From: Raillietiella orientalis | Taxonomy: Eukaryota | DNA length: 64,000 bases | Direction of reading: 5' to 3' | Assembly (NCBI GenBank): GCA_036172245.1 | Contig: JAYWIR010000005.1 | Coordinates: forward strand, 3,906,001 to 3,970,000 | Shown here: positions 23,741-37,430 of the stretch, piece after piece | Position numbering within the stretch: position 1 is the first letter of the stretch | Layout of the letters: every line of letters starts with the position of its first letter | Translations under genes and position numbers: made by a program | The notes under the pieces: generated by a model | Database searches by the model: none | The model's input: the letters and a program-made list of their open reading frames with translations, nothing else | Told to the model about the DNA's origin: nothing

Positions 23741-25589
23741 GCCTCCAGTGCTCGCCCATCTTGACCCTCGTGCAAATGGTGGCAACTATGAATTGTCCTA
23801 ACGAGTTGCCGCTACCAGGTGGTCACGTTCCAATCGCCAGAGGCTGTCGCCGGACTCGCTGCCCCCACGCATACTGACGATGACGATGACTGTGCGGCCC
23901 GACGTGCGGGTGAAGACGGCGTCGTTCGGGCGCCAGTCTCGGCGTGGCACGGGAAAGACCTGACCTCATTCTGATGCAGCCGGGGTCATTCCGACGTGTT
24001 CGGCTGTCGCCTTGAAGATGAAAGAGACTCCCTCTTCGCCTTTAACGAGGAAGAGCCGATCGGGTGCAGAGCCAACCAACCGGCAAGGCGACGACAACCC
24101 TTTTTCCCGCGTGGGACGCCCACTCACTTCCGTCGGTAGCCAAGACACGTGCGCATCGCATCGCTCACCAGCTTTGGGGCACATGGATCGGAGAGCATCC
24201 CACGTGCCTCGCTTCCTCTCTCTGTCTCCCCCCCGCTCCCCCGCAGCACCCCGCTGCACTGCGGAAGTCGGTCCGAGATTTCTGCTGCGTCGCGGACCGG
24301 GAAAAGCATTTGTCACTGTCGGCAGATGCATCGCGTCTGGACCAGTCCGCACCGATCTGTCCAAACGGGTCCGAGATCACGTTCCGCTTCTTAGTTTCGT
24401 CTCCTTCCTGCGGATGGGAAGGGAGAGCGCAGCCCGAGGAGGCGTGGGACCCGCCTTCCGCGCTCCTCCTGTACCGAAAGCGAAAGAGACGAGCGGAAGA
24501 TCCTCCCCCCAAGCGTGGCCCGGCAACGCAGGAAGAGCCGGCGCTAGGAAACAGCTCCCCTGGAGACGACCCCAGGCCACGAACTCTTGGGCTAATGATG
24601 GTCGAATAGGCGGGCAGCCGAGACCCGCTCCTAGCGCTCTTGAATTAGGCCCCGAGAGCGTGTCTCTGCGCTTCCCTGGTCAGGTGCTCACTTCCGCTTG
24701 GAGCCGACGTGTCCTCGGCGTCATGAGCCCGCTCGAGGAGGAAAATCGCGCACACGTACGCGCAAAAAAAAAAAAAAAAAAGACGCCGGAAAAGGAAAAA
24801 CCGAAAGTTTCAATCACGAGGGTTTCCCACGAACCTCAGTTAGGAGGAAGCTGCGCGTCGCCGACTGCCTTTTCGTGTCTTCGGAAAGCCTGTGGTCTTA
24901 CGCGGTGCCGCACCGGGAAGAAGGTGCCGCCTTCCCCGGGAAGAGAAGATCTGATGACTTTTTCGAAGTGCCCTTCTTCCCTTGCAAAGAGCCTTCTTCT
25001 GCTGCGCACCTGCAGATTGGCCGCCGACCTGATGACCCGCACTTGATCGACCGGAGTGCTTCGCGAGGTGGAGAGCTGCAACGGGACGCTTCTTTCGCTT
25101 AGCCACGGAGTTGAGTCCTTCCGCTCTTGGGCCACAACTCTCTTCCCGTCCACAATTCCCCTCCCCGCCGCTCGAGAGATGTCCGGACGGCGCGGAAAGC
25201 GTGCAAGCGCTCCGTCACATCTCCGCCAGTTGGCTGGCTGGGTTGCTCCGGGAAATCGATCGATGCTTTCGTTCCAGGTTGTCGAGCCTTTGGGGCGTCC
25301 TGGTCGACTGCCAGTCCTCCCCTCCACTAGCTCGACCTGCGCCTTTTCCTGGGTCTGGGCGATTCGAGTGGGAATGCCGGAGCTCCACGGCACAGCAGCG
25401 ACTCGTGAATTCGCGTCTTCGCGCAAACCGATTACCGCGTCGAAGAGGCGCCATTGGGTTCGTTTGGGGGCATCTCGCCTGACGAAGAGATTTATCCCTT
25501 TCAAGAGAACCCTTATTAGGGGTACTGGGATCGATTCCCTTTGGTGAGTTACCTGATGACGCAACTTTCAATCTTGTGACTGAGTGAAA

Positions 25590-25790
25590 CCATTGGCTGA
25601 AAGCATCTACACCCTCTGGGGGCATCGGTGACCCCCCACTTGAGAGGGTGACGGAAGGGATCGCCTGCTGCAGGGGGCGATCCTCTGCATCCTTTCGAGG
25701 AGGCTGGCAAAGTCTGCGGCAGCGACCTTCCGCCCCTCACAGGGGGTTTCCATCTGTCTCCGGCGCTGGACTCCGCATCGCCGGGCAGAC
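25590..25790 (-). mobile_element. Short 3' end of the LINE family
   Basis: tcctctgcatcctttcgaggaggctggcaaagtc matches the shared 3' block (cf. tcctctgcatccttttaaggatgccggcaagttc near 41730). Confidence 0.6.
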
Positions 25791-28700
25791 GCCCTCTCCT
25801 TTCCCCCGCTCCTGGAGAAGAAGGGGGAGGGAAGAGAAGGGGAAATAGGCGCATTCCGGTCGTTCTTCCCGGTGGAGAGATCGCCGACTCCCGCAGTGCG
25901 GCTCCATGAGTTTTCTCACCCCCTAACCTGGCAGCCCCCAGTGGTGCCGCAGCCGTTCTCTGATACCTTCAGCAGCGCCGTCGTCGTCATCGTCTCTCAC
26001 CCTTTCCACCTCCGACCCTGCTGCATCCGCCACGGGAACACCTGGTCCCTTTTCTCTCTGATCAGCGCATGCGCAGCCTTTCTCCTTACCCGACCGTCGC
26101 CGTCCTGCAGCGGGGGGGGAGGGTGTAGGTGGGGGAGATGGCTTGATCTGCCTCCTTTCCCGCTCGTCCACGTGCCTGTGGGGAGAGCGCGAGAGAGGGC
26201 GCGGCACCGCAGCTGAAGCGGAGGAGGCACTGGGGAGAAGAAACGCCGCCGGAGGCACTCACTGCCCCTCGCGCGCGCGCGCGCGACCGCTCCTCCGGTT
26301 CGGGTCCGCCGCATCTGAGGGAGCAGGTGACGGGGCTTTGCCGCTCGCAGTTTCCGTGGTCCGGGAGCGCAGCTGCCGGACCACTTTGCCTTTCTTCCCC
26401 TTTCGTTGCCTGTGGGGATCTCCCGGCGTCCCCGCGGCCGGCTCGGTCGACGGCCGAGGGAGCAGCAGCAAGGCAGCTGCATGCGGCGGCGGGCGCTCCG
26501 GGATGGGGGGCGACGGTTGGACCGTTGCTTCGCCTCAGCTTCCCACCTGGACCGCGCGTTGGTGAGCGCACAGCCTCCCTTCCCTTGCCGCTGCGATCTC
26601 TGCTTGTCGGTCCTTCCGCGCTTCGTCGTCTCTCGCCCGCGCTCATAAGGGGCGGCGGGTGCAGAGGGGAGAAACGTCGCGCGCGCACTCCCCGTCCCTT
26701 GGCGAAGAACCCGAAAGTGGCGGCGATCCACTCGTCCACCGGACGATGAGGTTGGAGGGTCGGGACTAGGGGACTGTCGATATTGAAGGCGGGGAAAAAT
26801 CGGGTCTTCCTGGCCCTTCGCGTCGCTCCCACGTGGGAGTCGCGTGAACCCTGGGAAAGTCGTGCTTCCCCCAGGTCCCCACGCGCACCCCACCTGCGGT
26901 TGTTCCGGGCACGAAGACCGGCTTCACCCGGCGCTCGCCCACAGAGAGAACTGGAAGTCATGATGCCGGTGAAGCTTCTGTTTCGGCAACTGTCAAGGGG
27001 GTAGAAGGGCAAGGGATGCCCTTCGCTCCGCGACTCCAAGGTCGTCGCCGCTGCGTGGCCTGTTGTGCGAGCGCACCTTTCGTGTGTTCCGCTACCGGGT
27101 GAGAGCGTGAGCGAGCTTGCGCAGTTCTCTGAGATCCGGAGATGACCCTGGCAACCTGTCCCCCCCCCCCCATCCGGCTTCCATATGAAACAAATAAGCC
27201 CGAATGAGCCAGTCCGCGCAAAGGCAGAGGAGCGATATCTCCCGGGAGTGCGCATAACAAACGTGCTCCTGCCCGCGAGAGGACAGGGTCCGTCCACACG
27301 CTTCTTTGCGCTGCAGGTCTCTTCTCGCCTCCGGTAATGCCGTCGACGGCCAAGAGGACGGAATGGAGGGGAGAGGAGGGAGGGAGATGAGAGAGGCCAC
27401 CACCTTCACACACCGCCGCCTCCCAGCGAAATGATCGCTCAGCGTTCGTCTGCCTTTCGGAAGATCGGCGGGCAGCTTCCCGCGCGCGCACCCAGGGTGT
27501 TCCCGCGTGGCACCAAACGGGGTTCCGCCCTTGATAATACCGCCCAAGCCGTTGCCTCCTCTTCACCTCCAGGCAAAGGCGTTCTCTTTTCCCACCTGGA
27601 CTTTTTCGATTTGTCAGGGATCCTTCTTCAGCTCTCCCTGCTCACCTTCTTCCTCTTCTCCCCCACGAATCTGTAATTTTTTTTCCAGATGTGGGGCCTT
27701 TTTCGGTTTCCTCGACTGCCAGCGGCGGTAGTTACGGAAGCGTTATGGCATCATCTACCTGCCTCTCTCACGTGTGAAGCGCGCATCACACTGCCGCTTT
27801 TACCGAAGGTCTCCGTGGCAACCGATCCGCAGTTGCGCAATGGTTTCCAGCTGCTGAATATTCACGCTGGACTTTTGAAGTGATTAGGGGGGGGGGGGGG
27901 TAGAGGGGAAAGGGGAGGATGACGGAGATCGACGCGGGATAAGCAATGCTGCTTGACGACCGCCGTTCCGATCTCCCGGCAGCACCCGATAAACTCAGTG
28001 TTCAGTTCCTTTCCGTTGTGTAGCAACGTCGATGACCCGTGCAGCATCCTCCCCTTACCGGAAGGAACGCCGAAAGTCGCTGCCGACAGCTGCGCGTCGG
28101 GTACGGAGAGTAAGCCAGCGGAAGAGAAACGATCCTCCACTAGACAAGTCATTTCGGAACTTGAGGATCCTCCTTGGAGGCGACAGACTGGACATTGGAG
28201 AGACAACATTGGAACCACGGAAGGATCATCCGGGGTTTTCCCGCATGTGAATCAGCGTTTGGCTTTGTGGCGCAGGCACTCCAAAAGGGGGGGAGGAAGC
28301 TCGGCGTTGACCCCCTTGGCCCAGATTGGCGCGGACGTCTGGTCGGCTGGCTCGACACGCGCTCCCGGTGACGTCCCGAGAGTGGCTGCGGCTGCACCGG
28401 GACAGGCAGGAGGGGGCTTTGGTAGTCCGGGCGCCAAGGTCGCAACCATCGCCAGTGTGCGGTGCTCCTAAGGCTCCGTCCGCGGCAGCGTCCACCACGA
28501 CCACGGAGACTTCGAGCTCCCACGAGGGACTCCCGTCGCTTGTTCTCAAAGGGAAGGTGAAGTCAGTAGTGGCCGCATGGGTGCAGAGTCCGGCCTCGAT
28601 CGACCGCTTGCGGCAGGCAACGTGACGTCGTCCACGCCCTCACGCGTAGATCGGGACGAGGCAAGAGCCTGCCCAGCAGCCGTGCCAGTCGGATCCCGGT

Positions 28701-30299
28701 GCAGCAGGTCGGCGTACCATCCTGCGTCCTCCTCCACAGCTACCGACGCACGACTCGCCCTTGACGGGCAGGGCAATAGGCCTGACGAGCCGAGGAGTTT
28801 ACCGCGGGGCGAGCATGCAGTGCGGTCTCCTGGAGTCCAGACAGGCACCCAGAGGGTCCTGGATGACAGTCGAGACCGGACAGCGTCGGGCCCGACCTCC
28901 TCGACTCGCCTTCACCGCTTGGGTCCCACGCGGCCGGGTCGCCACGGCCTTTACCGTGACTCGGGAAGCCTCGATTCCAGGTGGAGCCCGCTGGCGTAGC
29001 CAGGACCTCAGCTGCATGAACAAGGCTCCCCGCTTCCGCTCCGATGGAGAGGTGACGTCAGCAACGGCCACGTGGGTGGAAGGCGGAGCTGTGCGACGCG
29101 CGGCACCGATCGACCTGGGAGCAGGCCGTCCTGTTTCCTCGTGCGGATGCCTGGAAGTTTCGGGATGCTGCTGCTTAGCTGTGCCTCCTCGCATGGCCTC
29201 CGCTGAGCACCCGGAGGCGGTCGTCTCGGAAGGGAAGACGCCATGCGCGGAGCGAGCGGCTCCTCGATGCTTGCGGCGCCGTCCGCGGCCGATCCGCGGA
29301 AAGGATCGGGCGCTGCTCTTCGGAGCGAGGCCCTTCCGAGAGGTGCGGTCTCTCAAGATTCCGCCCGGACAGGGGCGGACCGGTCCCGCGGGACCGTACA
29401 CTCCCGAGGAGGGCGGTCGTTGGAGGAAGAGGCTCTCGGGAGGCGAAGGATGGGGCGGGGTGCCTTCCTGCCTCCGCCTCCAACGTCTACCTTCTTTTTT
29501 GCCCTCCCCCCCCCCCCTATTCCCGCTTCGTCTGCTTTCGGCGGTCTCAACGAGGAGGCTGGTGGCTCCGCGGGGAGGCGACTTCTCTTTCTTTCCCTCC
29601 GCACGCCCGGACTGGCCAGTGGCTGTGCTGCCAGACTTCTCGCGCGGCTCGCTAGGGCGGGAACGCATCAGGACGGCAGCGTCCTCTGCCTTGGGGGGGG
29701 AGGGGAGGGGAGGACGCTCCAGGCGCTTCCTGATGGATACTCCCCTCTGCCAGCCGCCGACTCGCAGAAGACGTCACCTTGCCCGTGGAGTATCGCACCA
29801 GTGAGGCTGCCGGCTCTGCCCCCTTCCTGCGAAAATCGGCTCCGGACCTGGAAATTGCATTTAAGTGGGGAGCCAGCTCGTGTCCCCTAGCCATCGCCTT
29901 TCCGAGCGCACTAGCCAGCCCCCTTCGCCGTAATTCTCGTAAGGGCAGGAGGGATGAGAACGAACCGTCCACGAAGATGGGCAGCCGCAATGCGAGGGAG
30001 GAACCACCCCCCGTCACAAGAAAGAAAGGAAGAGAAAGGGACGAAGGCGAGATGCTCTTTCCTCAGACGCTGGGCCCGTCAGCAGCGCCAGTTCGGACCC
30101 TGCCGCCCTCACGGGATATCCAGGTTAGCCAGAACAACTCCAGCACCTTCACCCGCGTCGTCTTCGTTGTCCCCGTTGTAGCCATCACGACCTTGTCGTC
30201 TCTTCCCCCTCCTCCCTTGCTCTCTGCCTTCCTTTGTCAGTTCTTTCTCCAAGGCTCCTGGACCGCTGAACACGGTCATAAGGAGCTAAGAGAAAAATA

Positions 30300-31600
30300 A
30301 GTGTTGCCCCATGCAGACACGGTCCCGCCGCATGGGCAGCGCCGTGCTACTAGCAAGGGATGCGGATGGCGTGAGGGCGTCTCGCAGGAAGAGGCACTTC
30401 AGAAGGTTTCCGGGCTTGCTCTCGGGGGTCCGCAGGGACGCGGCAAAGCGTTCACACAGGGGCGGAGGGTAACACAATCCACGAGCAGGTGCAGGTGCAG
30501 GGGGGACTCTCTCTCGCCGCACCTACCGCAGTTCGGACTCACCTCCCCCTCCCCCGGGTCCAGTGACGTGGTGGGCGTTGCACGGGAGGCCCCAATGCAA
30601 CAGCAGGGTCGCCAACTCGTGCGACTTGAGGGGTAGGGTGCCACCGTTCCAGCACACTGGGGACCACTTCAACTCCTCCGGAAGGATTTGTAGCAGTCCT
30701 TTTACAGGGACACTCGGGGTGGCAGCGTCCGTCAGTTCCCGAGTTGTGCACATATTTAGATGACCGGCGGTCGTGGGACGATGCAACTGCCACATGTTTT
30801 TTCCTGCTCCCTATCGAGCAGGTCACTTACCACCTCTCTAGCAGTTGGCTGTCTATTGTTCCCCTTAGGAAGGGCAGCACTGAGGCAAGGGTAGTGAAAG
30901 AGGTCCACAGCAGATTCCTGGTGTTCCACAGGATCTTCTTCAGAGGTCGGATAGAGCATCTGCTGTTCCGTAAGCAGATGTACTCTGCCTCGCCAGTGCC
31001 GTGGATTCTTCCCCATGCGAAAACGGGTCTCCTGCAGCCAGGCTGTCCAGTTAGCGGGAGGACGGACGTTCAGAGGGTTCTTCTGCACAAAGGCAACCAT
31101 GTGTCGGAGCTGGGGGCCGAGATGGCCCAGACTCCGCTTGGTGGCCACGACGACCGAGGTCAGTCCTTCTCAGCCGGTTGCCTGTTTCGCGAGGATTCCT
31201 GCCGGAGCGCACCAAGGCGTAGGTCAAAGCTTGGAAGGCCAGTGCGAGTTTTCGGTATTGGAGCTGACGCCACATCCTCTCCAGCGGAAGAAGGCCCAGT
31301 CTACCATCCTTAAGTGGAGCGCAAAGGTCTTCTAACCGGACTCCAGACCTCCCTGTGCCCCACCGGGCTTTTCTGAGGAGGTCCTCTGTCCTTTTCTGGA
31401 TAGCCACAGGGGCGCGGCAAACAAAAAGCAGGGGGCACAGGAGGAGAACCGTAACCCGGGCGGCTGCGCGACGAAACGCCTCACGTCGCTCTTGGGAAGC
31501 TGTGGAGTGCCCTCAAAGGGCAGCCGAGGCGCAGGAGCGACAAAGACATCGTGAAAGAGCCTTCGCTCTGTGTAGTGCTCCCAGCAGGATCCCCGCCCGC
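30300..31600 (-). mobile_element. L1/Tx1-like ORF2 remnant (repeat A copy 1; 30321-31220 is a direct near-identical repeat of 41879-42778)
   Basis: Post-RT motif KARWGTGRSGVRLEDLCAPLKDGRLGLLPL (31051-31407 frame) and EVSPNCGRCGERESPLHLHLLVDCVTLRP; constant offset of 11558 to the second copy. Confidence 0.85.
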
Positions 31601-32054
31601 GCACACGCCACCCACGTAACCACTCATTTGGCACCGTCATTGGCTTCCCGCGAAGGTGCGATGGAACATGCGGTCCATCCGCTCAGGACGTTTCTGCAGC
31701 GGGGATTTGGACGGCGCTAGTGCTCGGGGACGCCGGTTCCAACACCCTTCCATCCTCCTCCTCCCTGCTCTGAGCTTGTCGCTCCCCGCCTGCCTCCTGC
31801 TGTACCCGTGCACCGCGATGTGCCTCTCCAGGTGCCGGATTCGCCGCCCCTGAGCCACCCCTCTTTCAGGCTCGCGGCCCCCTTTGCGTGTTCTTCCCCT
31901 CCTCGGAAAACCAGATGCCGCCACCTTCGTTCTCTGCAGACCGCAGTCCAGCGTTTAACCCCTTGCTCACGCCATCGCGTCTCCCTGTAGGTCGATGGAG
32001 GTGCAGCCGAAGTCGCTGTCCTTTGGCTCGTGTAGTCATGCTCCTTCATGATCT

Positions 32055-32220
32055 TTTTATCCCTTCCTCCCCCCCTTCCCTTCACCTTCCTCCTCCCTTC
32101 CTCTTTTCCTCCTCCTTTCGTATTCACCTTCTCTCTTCCTCCTCCTCCTCCCTTCCTCTTCATCTTCTCATCACTACGACACCTTCCTCTTTCTCCCTTT
32201 CTCCTACATCTGTATCTCTG
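32055..32220. repeat. Polypyrimidine (CCT/CTT-rich) low-complexity tract
   Basis: About 160 nt almost devoid of purines on the + strand. Confidence 0.85.
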
Positions 32221-34418
32221 GATGTGGGGATCATGGAGTGGTTCTGGGTAACATTGGATATCCCTCAAGGGCTCGCGGGCCCGAGCTGGAGTTGCGGACG
32301 GATCCAGAGCCGCCACCGCTGGGATCTCGGCTCCTGTTAGGATTCGCCATCGCGCTGGGCTTATCGTTTCCCGAAACGCATACCCCGCAGGGGATGAACC
32401 GCTCGCGGCTGCTGTCTGGATGCTCCCTGGATGCTTCCGCCTTGGACTCCTCCCGCGCGCGTCCGGAGTCCTCCCCGCCACCGTTCCATCTGCATCTGGG
32501 GACGGCTGGACCTTCCTCCTCCCCTCTCTCGTCCGGTCTCAGACGCCGGGAAGCGTCTCCTCTCATCGGGAAGAAACACCCTTTTCCCGTCGCCGCCCGC
32601 TTGCAGGGAAAGGGAAGCAGAGAGCGCGTGCCCATCCGAGAATCTCCCCGCGGTTGTTCCCCCTCGCGGGAATGGTCCTCCTGAAGCCGCCACGCCTCCT
32701 CAGGGAGGGCGGGAAGCATGACATCCGGCAGACGTGCATTCCTCGTTGCCGGGAACCGTGCGCTGGAACGGCCGTCCTTCGAGAGACCCCGCGGCAGGGC
32801 CCCAGGGGGCGGACCGCTGCGGGAGTCCCCACGCTGAAGAGACCCGCGGGGACTCCCTCGTGAGCCCCGGGATCGACGGCGTTGCCAGGACGCGTGCTAG
32901 CTGCATCCTAGCTGCACTGCAGCGAGAAAACGCCGGACACTTCTTGTTTCCCTTTCCTCTCCTTCGAGGTGGCGCTGCGCAGGCCCTCGCCTACTCACCG
33001 TCTCCCCATCCCACCTTTTTCTTCCCTTCTCTAAAAGCCTGCGGTTTTCGGGACCGCAGCCCCAGCGCGATGGCACTATCGTTGCGCCGGCGCACCGGAT
33101 GCACCCGAAAGTGAAGCGCCGGTCCTGGCGCACCGGTGGAGTCCTCTGGCAATCTCTGAGGACTCGCACGTCTGAGCGGCCATGCTTCACCTCTGAGGAC
33201 ACCCTCCTCTCCGCGTCAGCTGCTTCGATGTGGGTCACATTTTAGGAGACCCTCAGAGTGCGGCAGCTAGGGGTGCAGCTACGGGGAGTTGGAGGGTCTC
33301 CCTGGAAGACCATGGGGCATCCCACGGGGAGAGCGCCCCGTAGCGACCTATTTTCTACCTGAGTCCCAGGCAGCTTCCCCGACCCGAGACCAGAGACCCC
33401 GGTCTCTCCTCCATCGCCTCCCGATGCCTTCTTCGGGAGCCGGGAAGAAGCAACGCTCCGCAGCTGGACTCCAGGAGGCGGGCCGTGCCCCGAGGAAGGC
33501 GGGAGCGGCAGCAGATGGCGCGCGAGGGGATCGCCTGAGGAGGGACGGGGCCGGTCGCGCCGACCCATCATCCCGGAGCGGCGACTGGAAGGGGGATTGG
33601 GGGGAGGAAGGGAGGGACCTTGTCCTCCTCCTGCCCGTGTGGTTCCCCTCGTTCTCGACCCCTTCCCCGCTGTTTCCCGGAAACGAAGCTCGAGGAACTT
33701 GGGGCCCATCAGAACCCGCGCGGAGGTTCCATCCCATTGCCCAAGAAACCCTCGAGATGAGGGGGGAAATGGAAAAGGGCCATCGGATCTCATGGCGGGT
33801 TGCCCGACGGTACAGAAAGACCTCGGGAGCGGTTCGGCACTCAAAAATCAGTGTCTCCCAGCTGCAACATCCAGAAAGACCTGCTACAGCAGCCTGAGGA
33901 CTGCGCAGAGAGCGACCGCAGGAATGCGCAGATCTTTCGCATTAGAGTCGCCCCTTGGAGGCGACCTCATAGGACCTCGCTGCGACGGGCAGGCGGAGCT
34001 AAGGACGACTTCCTGAGAACCCTGCTGTCTCCCAAACAACGCCGTCCTCCAAAGGCGGACCGAACCAAGCGCGAAACGGAGCGCCCCCGTGCACGCGGCA
34101 CGGCAGGAGCTTCCCGGGTCACGAGGGGCAGCTGGCACGAAGCTCCGCAACGGCAACGGCTCGCGCAGCGCAGCAAGCAGTAGTGCGCGGGCAGGAAACG
34201 ACCCCCGCGGTAAGGCGGCGAGGCGAGCGGTTTCGCCGCCAGGCGCGAGAGAGCGCGCGCGCACCGCACCGCGCAAGGCGCCGCCGAGCCGCCTCGACAG
34301 CACCTGCAGGGCATCGATTCGACGCTCTGGAGGCACGGAAAGCGGGGTGAGAGCGGGGTGGGGGGGGCAACCTCTCAGGAAAGGAAGAGGAACGCCCGTC
34401 TTGCTGTAACCTCCGACG

Positions 34419-34922
34419 GTGCAGAAGCTGCTGCTGCTCCTCCTACGCCCTCCAGGTCACCAGACCACCGGAAGGACATCGGTGGGCGAAGGGGTGCGCA
34501 CTACTCGCGGTGCCATCCTTCCTGTGGTGTTCCCGATGAAGTGCATCGTCCCCACTTCCCCCGAGGCAACCGAGAAGCAGATGGTTCCGGAGTCACCCTC
34601 CTCCGGGGAGGTTGTGGTGCGTATCAAGCTCTTTGGTGATGCCAGCATTCCGGGAATCGTCGCCATCGACAAGCACTCCCAGCATGTGCAGGTGCGACAC
34701 CGCCTGCAGCCCACTTTCTGCTGGGGCTGCAAGGAGTTCGGCCACCTCGCAGGCATCTACCCTAAGGCACAGTGCTTCAAACGCGGCGAAATCGGCCACT
34801 TCATTATGGATTGCTCCAGGCTCTGTGAAATGTCAGGCCACTTGAAGAAGAAGTGTGAGAAGTTCTTCGACTGGCTCGTGGCCCGAGGACTGTCTCCTCT
34901 GCTTCTCAAAGTGAATGCATAG
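34419..34922 (+). pseudogene. Decayed gag-like ORF1 of an L1/Tx1-type LINE with three degenerate CCHC zinc knuckles
   Basis: GEVVVRIKL...IPGIVAI...QPTFCWGCKEFGHLAGIYP / CFKRGEIGHFIMDC / LCEMSGHLKKKC; each knuckle has lost one ligand. Confidence 0.85.
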
Positions 34923-35439
34923 AGGAGGCAGGCGGATCAACAAGCGGCGCTTCCTCACCCCTTCCACAGTCATTGACTCGGATCTTCTAGAAATGAAGCA
35001 ACAGAAGAAGCCGCAGAAGAAACGGAAGCAGTTCACCGTGGAAGAGCTTCCTCTTCCCCCAGTAGCGGCGGCGGCAAGTTGCGCGACCGATGAAGAAAAA
35101 AGCGGAAGACCACGGAGCACGAGCGTCGTGAAATGGCCGCTTATGCGGAATCGATTCTGCCCGTGCACCACCAAAGAGGAGGAGAAGGATTTCCTGTTTA
35201 TCTCCACGTTCGAGGAGGTAAGTCGCAGCTCGAAGGCAGATGCGGCTTGAAGCACAAAACACGCTGAATGAAGCGAAGGCCACACTCGTCACTCTCGTCG
35301 AGGTGATGCTAGCGAACCCGCCTGTGGTTTACAACCCGGCTTTGCCGGGGGAACTTATTGTAAAAAAAATAAAAGTGTATTATACTCGTCATGTGGTGAA
35401 ACACTTGGTTCACAACGTCAGTCCAACTTGTTGGTCACC

Positions 35440-36590
35440 GGTGTGCAGACCGGCGAGGCGAAGGGGAAGGAGAACCACAAAAAAAAACAGGGGGGCGGAT
35501 CATGAGACGCCGGGAGACGTCCTCTGCATCCTGTCCAGGATGCTGATAAGTGCCGTTCTACATTGCCCGAGTAGGGTCATCTCGACGCGGTCTTCAAAAA
35601 GATCCGCGCCCAATGTATGTCGTCCCTGCCATACGGGCCTCCCTTTCCCGCGTTCCCGGCTGCCACGATTCTACGGATGCAGCACAGAATTACTGCTGGA
35701 GACGCAGCTGGCGTCAGAGCGGCACACGCGAAGAGGCGCCCAAAGATGTCCCTGGGGCCGACCAATGGGATTTCCAGGATCGTCGAGAGACGATCCTAGA
35801 GGGGTCAGAGGGCGGCACAGTCTTCAACAGCAGGTGCGGGAAGATCTTCTCGCCGCACCTGCCACGCTTGGCATCCACTCTCCCCCGTGTCCAGTGATGC
35901 AGGCGCGCTTTGCATAAGGTTCTCCAATGGAACAACGGCAACGCCAACTCCTGCCACTTGAAGGGGAGGACGCCACTGTACCAGCACTCTGGGGGCCACT
36001 TCATCTCCTCCGGAAAGCTACATCGGCGGTGAAAAACTTGCTGGGAACAAACGGTGGACTCCTCTCCTCCCGGGCAGAAAAAGAAGAATGAGGATGCTCC
36101 GTAATTCCAGATGGTCTCCTTCCTGTTTACCAAATCAGTGAAATAGGAACCTGCTGCTGGGGGAGGATCCCCCGCACAGACGTACAGGAGTGACTTCTTT
36201 CCTACACAAAATGTAAGAGCAAAGACGCGAGACCATCAGCGAAAGGTGAAATGCTTCAAGTGTTGCCACAGGCAAAACCAGAAGTGAATCGAGTCTTGTT
36301 TGTAAAGGGTTGCTATGGGAAACATTGTTCGGTCGATAAATTCACCCCACTGCTTGCCGGACCTGGAGAAAATTCCGGTAGTTCTCCCGGTGAAGGCGCA
36401 GCGACCTCCTGGCTGGCCTGCGTGACCTCCGCACCCACATGCCAGCAGCCTCCTGCCGCCGGGCGTTGAGGCGCAGGTGCCGACAGGAGTTTCCGGCGAC
36501 GTGGAAGGCCAAGTTCGTGGGTGATACGAGGGACTCGCATCCCTCGAAGCAGTGGCCGTGCGCCTCCGCCATCTGCCGAGAGGAGGGAAG
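35440..36590 (-). mobile_element. Diverged 5'-truncated LINE fragment
   Basis: PEEMKWPPECWYSGVLPFKWQELALPLFHW...HHWTRGRVDAKRGRCGEKIFPHLLL is homologous to repeat A; its 3' block lies at about 35450-35560. The 5' boundary is uncertain. Confidence 0.72.
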
Positions 36591-36606
36591 AAACACCCAC
36601 CCTGCA

Positions 36607-37430
36607 AGTTGCACCGTCCCACGACCGCCGGTCATCTAAATATGTGCACAACTCGGGAACTGACGGACGCTGCCACCCCGAGTGTCCCTGTAAAAGGACT
36701 GCTACAAATCCTTCCGGAGGAGTTGAAGTGGTCCCCAGTGTGCTGGAACGGTGGCACCCTACCCCTCAAGTCGCACGAGTTGGCGACCCTGCTGTTGCAT
36801 TGGGGCCTCCCGTGCAACGCCCACCACGTCACTGGACCCGGGGGAGGGGGAGGTGAGTCCGAACTGCGGTAGGTGCGGCGAGAGAGAGTCCCCCTGCACC
36901 TGCACCTGCTCGTGGATTGTGTTACCCTCCGCCCCTGTGTGAACGCTTTGCCGCGTCCCTGCGGACCCCCGAGAGCAAGCCCGGAAACCTTCTGAAGTGC
37001 CTCTTCCTGCGAGACGCCCTCACGCCATCCGCATCCCTTGCTAGTAGCACGGTGCTGCCCACGCGGCGGGTCCGTGGCTGCATGGAGCGACGCCAGAGGA
37101 GGTCAGGAAGAAAGGCACGTCATCTATTGTGCTGTCCCCTTCATGAGGATAGCGTCAAGATTGCATCATCTGGAGATCGTAATACAGGAACTTGCCGGCA
37201 TCCTTAAAAGGATGCAGAGGACACTCGCACACAGTGACCTTTTCCCGAACCCTCCTCAGTTTTTTTGTATATATTTATCTTGTTTTGCTTATCTTTTTTG
37301 CTTGCCTCTCTGCTGCCGAGGCGAACCTCGCCGGCCAGCGTACCGGTTCTCGGTAGGTTCTCATGGTTACATTTGTAACGTGGCAGGACTCTTGGTCCTG
37401 CCACTGAATTCTATGCTTATTTTTAATAAA
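36607..37430 (+). mobile_element. LINE 3' fragment (repeat A copy 2; inverted relative to 41505-42346)
   Basis: Identical ORF 36632-36832(-)/42121-42321(+); ends in a T-rich UTR and AATAAA at about 37425. Confidence 0.88.
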
